Assembly: GCF_009914755.1 (NCBI RefSeq)
Contig: NC_060929.1
Direction: 5' to 3' (one strand)
Length of the DNA stretch: 64,000 nucleotides
From: the human T2T-CHM13v2.0 reference genome, Homo sapiens
Position 1 is the stretch's first letter, and the number at the start of each line of letters is the position of its first letter. A program made the position numbers and the translations under genes. The notes below the pieces were generated by a model. It searched no databases and was not told where the DNA came from. It saw only the letters and a list, made by a program, of their open reading frames with translations. Positions 61,088 to 64,000 of the stretch are shown piece after piece.

Positions 61088-63519
61088 TCAACATGTACCC
61101 CACTGTGTATCTGGTCAGAGCTCAACAGCTGAGGTAGTGCAGGCACGCAGCAGATGATGGATCCAGGCTTGTGGTTTTACCAGATAGGTGTGATGAGGGT
61201 CGACAGCAAAGGAGTGACACCTGACCACTTTATGTTTGTTGAAAAATACACAATATAGCTTACTGAACTTTACGCTTTTAGATAATATATTTTTGTAATT
61301 ATGCAACAATTACAAACCCAGAAAATTGTTCTTTCAGAGAAGATTGCAGCTCTTCAGTTGACAGCAGAGGACAAACTAAAATATTGAATTTAGCTGCTGT
61401 ATATAAATAATGCAGCACATCATGATGGCAACAGTTAGTCCATCAATCTCTGTCAAGAACACAAACTCATACTGACTTTATAAAAACAATCAAGTGCTAC
61501 AAAAAAGATGAAATTCAGTGCCACGTCCAGCTGTAGAAGTTTCACAGAATCTTCTTATTTAGATCTTAGATTGTGAATTCTTACTTTTTCTAAGCGTAAA
61601 TCTGGTCAGTCACATATAAAAATAACCTCCAAGGAAAACAAGTCAAACACAAGTTGGTTAACTTGATCACTTATTAAGCAAAGTCACCTAAAAGAAGAAC
61701 AGAACATTTTGCTAATCACTAGATAAAACTGTTATATCAATTTTTCAGGCAGAAAGGTATGTAATGTTAAAATTACAGAAAAAAAATTGCAAAGCCTAAT
61801 TTCATGCTTTAATTATATCTTGTTTAAAAAGTCATAATTTAAGACAGCAGTAGAATGTCTTAGTTTCAAGTTACAGCATGTAAAAGCCAAACGGGTATCT
61901 TTTACTGTTGAGAATTTATACCTTATACTGCAGCCCCAACTATTTACTGCCAGGATGTTTTAAGTCACCTCATTGCATAACATTATAAACTATGTTGCCA
62001 AACTTGACTGTATATGCTTATCTATTTAGTGGTTGGCAAATACAGAGACATCACAAAAATTAAAAGTGGTACTCTTTCAACTGAAAATAGTCAATAGACA
62101 GCTAGTTAACTTTGGAAAAGAAATCATATTTTAAAAGTCAGGTTTAGATCTTGACGAAATTTTGTAAAAAGTGAATGATTTCATACACACCTTTTACAAC
62201 GTTTTCACATGAAGACAACGTTTTATAAAAGAGTTGATATATGTTCTAATTCCAAAGAATCTCTAAAGTTCTATGAAGTAAGTCTTTTTATTCACAGCCA
62301 CAACAGTCTTAGGGAGCAAAAACACAAATCACTTTGATAAGGCACCCCTCTGTAGACAAGCTTACTGATAAACATGAGAACAAATGAGCTCTTGAATTCT
62401 TTAACAAACATGGAATCTGTTATTCAGATTTAATGGCTATATGGCCAATGCGTTTCCTTAATGTATGGGAGTTCTTGACAAGGAAAGACAACTGAGCAAT
62501 TAACTCAGTGGAAGTCAGAAATTATGGGTGTTTTGCCACTTTCTTGGTTTCCAACAGGTGTCAGGTTATTGCTGTTAACACTCCAATTTGCATCTTTATA
62601 GGGAACAACCTAATTGTAAGGAGAAACTCAAAGTGCCCTTTCTTCAGGAGTTACAGTTGCCTTAATGGAATTCCATTTAGAATACATGCTTTTACACTAA
62701 GTAAACCACATAAATATTTAGGAAGTGGGGTTTTGTTACCTCTCTGGGCTACCAAATAAAATGTGACTTGCTGAAAAGAAGACATTAAGCACAGAAAGGG
62801 ACAACTCTTTAAGAACTTGAATACATTCAAAAACCCATTGCCTCTATTCTATCAATAGCCTCACTGCATTGGGTCACACAACATGACCACTTAGTGGTAT
62901 TCAGTCTCTGTATCCCTCCTGTCCTCATTTTTGTGATGATTTGGTCCCATCAGATCCTTTCCAAACCCTGAGCCAGCCCCAACATGAAAGAGGAGGGCTT
63001 TATGCAGCTCTAACCCAAAGCTCAGAAACCAGCACTGGTTTATCTCTGCTATTGAAGAGGCTTTGACCTTATCTGTCTATCTCTTTTCTCATTGGTTGAA
63101 TTCTCTACACAGTTTTGTCAGAGACTCTCACGGGGTGGTATGCGTGCAGTTTAGTATCATCTTGGGTACAGGGCTTCAAGTTATATAAAACCTTGGGGAA
63201 CTCCTATCCCAGGTCCCATGTAGCTCTGTTTTGACATGACTGCCTTGGCAAGGAACTAATGGGGATACCTCTGATGCTCTCAGAGTTTGGGAGGATAAAA
63301 AAGATCTTGAACCACTTGTATATAAATCCTCTTTTCCACCTTCCTCTCTCTACATTCCTATTACTTATAACTAGCCTTAGGCCTAAAATCACACAAACTG
63401 TTCCTGACAAATTTTTCTGGCACAAATTACCTGCTTGCACAAATCCCCAAATTTCATATACCCTTGGATTCTTCTATTCCATTTAGTAGCCTATTTGTTA
63501 GTATATTTTATCATTTTAT

Positions 63520-63760
63520 AGTAACAGTAGTTATTTTTGTGCCTTCACTATGTACCAAAAATTATACTAAGTGTTTTATGGGTATTATCACATTTAAGCT
63601 TCATAATATCCCTGTGGGAAAATTCTCTGATGTGATAAACCTCATTTTACTTATGGAAAAAATAAATTTTATGAATTGGTATAATTTATCCAAAGACACA
63701 GAACAGTAAATGGTAAAGTAGTATTCACATACAAACAACATGGCTTCAGAAATGAAATCT
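63520..63760 (-). mobile_element. MIR
   Basis: cactatgtacca...ctaagtgttttatgggtattatcacatttaagcttcataa...ccaaagacacagaacagtaaatgg. Confidence 0.65.
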
Positions 63761-64000
63761 GTGTGTTGGAATGGTTTCCCTTGCCTTTAGTCTTCACTTT
63801 CTCCCTTCACCTCTTCAAGTTCTTCACCTTCTTCAAGGTCTCTTCATTCTCTACCCTGTGGCCAATTATTTAATATTGTTGTGTATTGCCCACCCTTCTT
63901 ATCTTTTGGAAAGCTTTGGCCTCTTGCATTAATCTTCTCATCACTTGCATATGTGATCTTCCTTTTGTGAAAATAGGAATAATTCTGGGTTTCAGTTTGC

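Overview
Human genomic DNA (an AluYb8 copy points to human), AT-rich and repeat-dense. The window lies entirely inside the minus-strand gene EDIL3 (Del-1; chr5q14.3 from memory). It holds two coding exons that the ORF track misses: exon 2 (50702-50830, first EGF domain) and a 30-nt microexon 3 (26432-26461, acidic EGF1-EGF2 linker). The rest is intronic: L1, Alu, L2, MIR, L3, MaLR/ERVL LTRs, MER DNA transposons and microsatellites. The long ORFs in the track are L1 ORF2 relics and the short ones are Alu-derived or chance. I found no new protein-coding system. The most notable structure is a composite L1PA3 insertion (2081-6236) with a 5' inversion, an apparently two-step 3' transduction and a nested AluYb8. 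Also notable are a tiny twin-primed L1, a 125-bp local non-tandem duplication, a perfect 64-bp tandem duplication and the unusual 3' splice-site architecture of the microexon. Repeat subfamily names come from recalled consensus sequences, and boundaries of old repeats are approximate.
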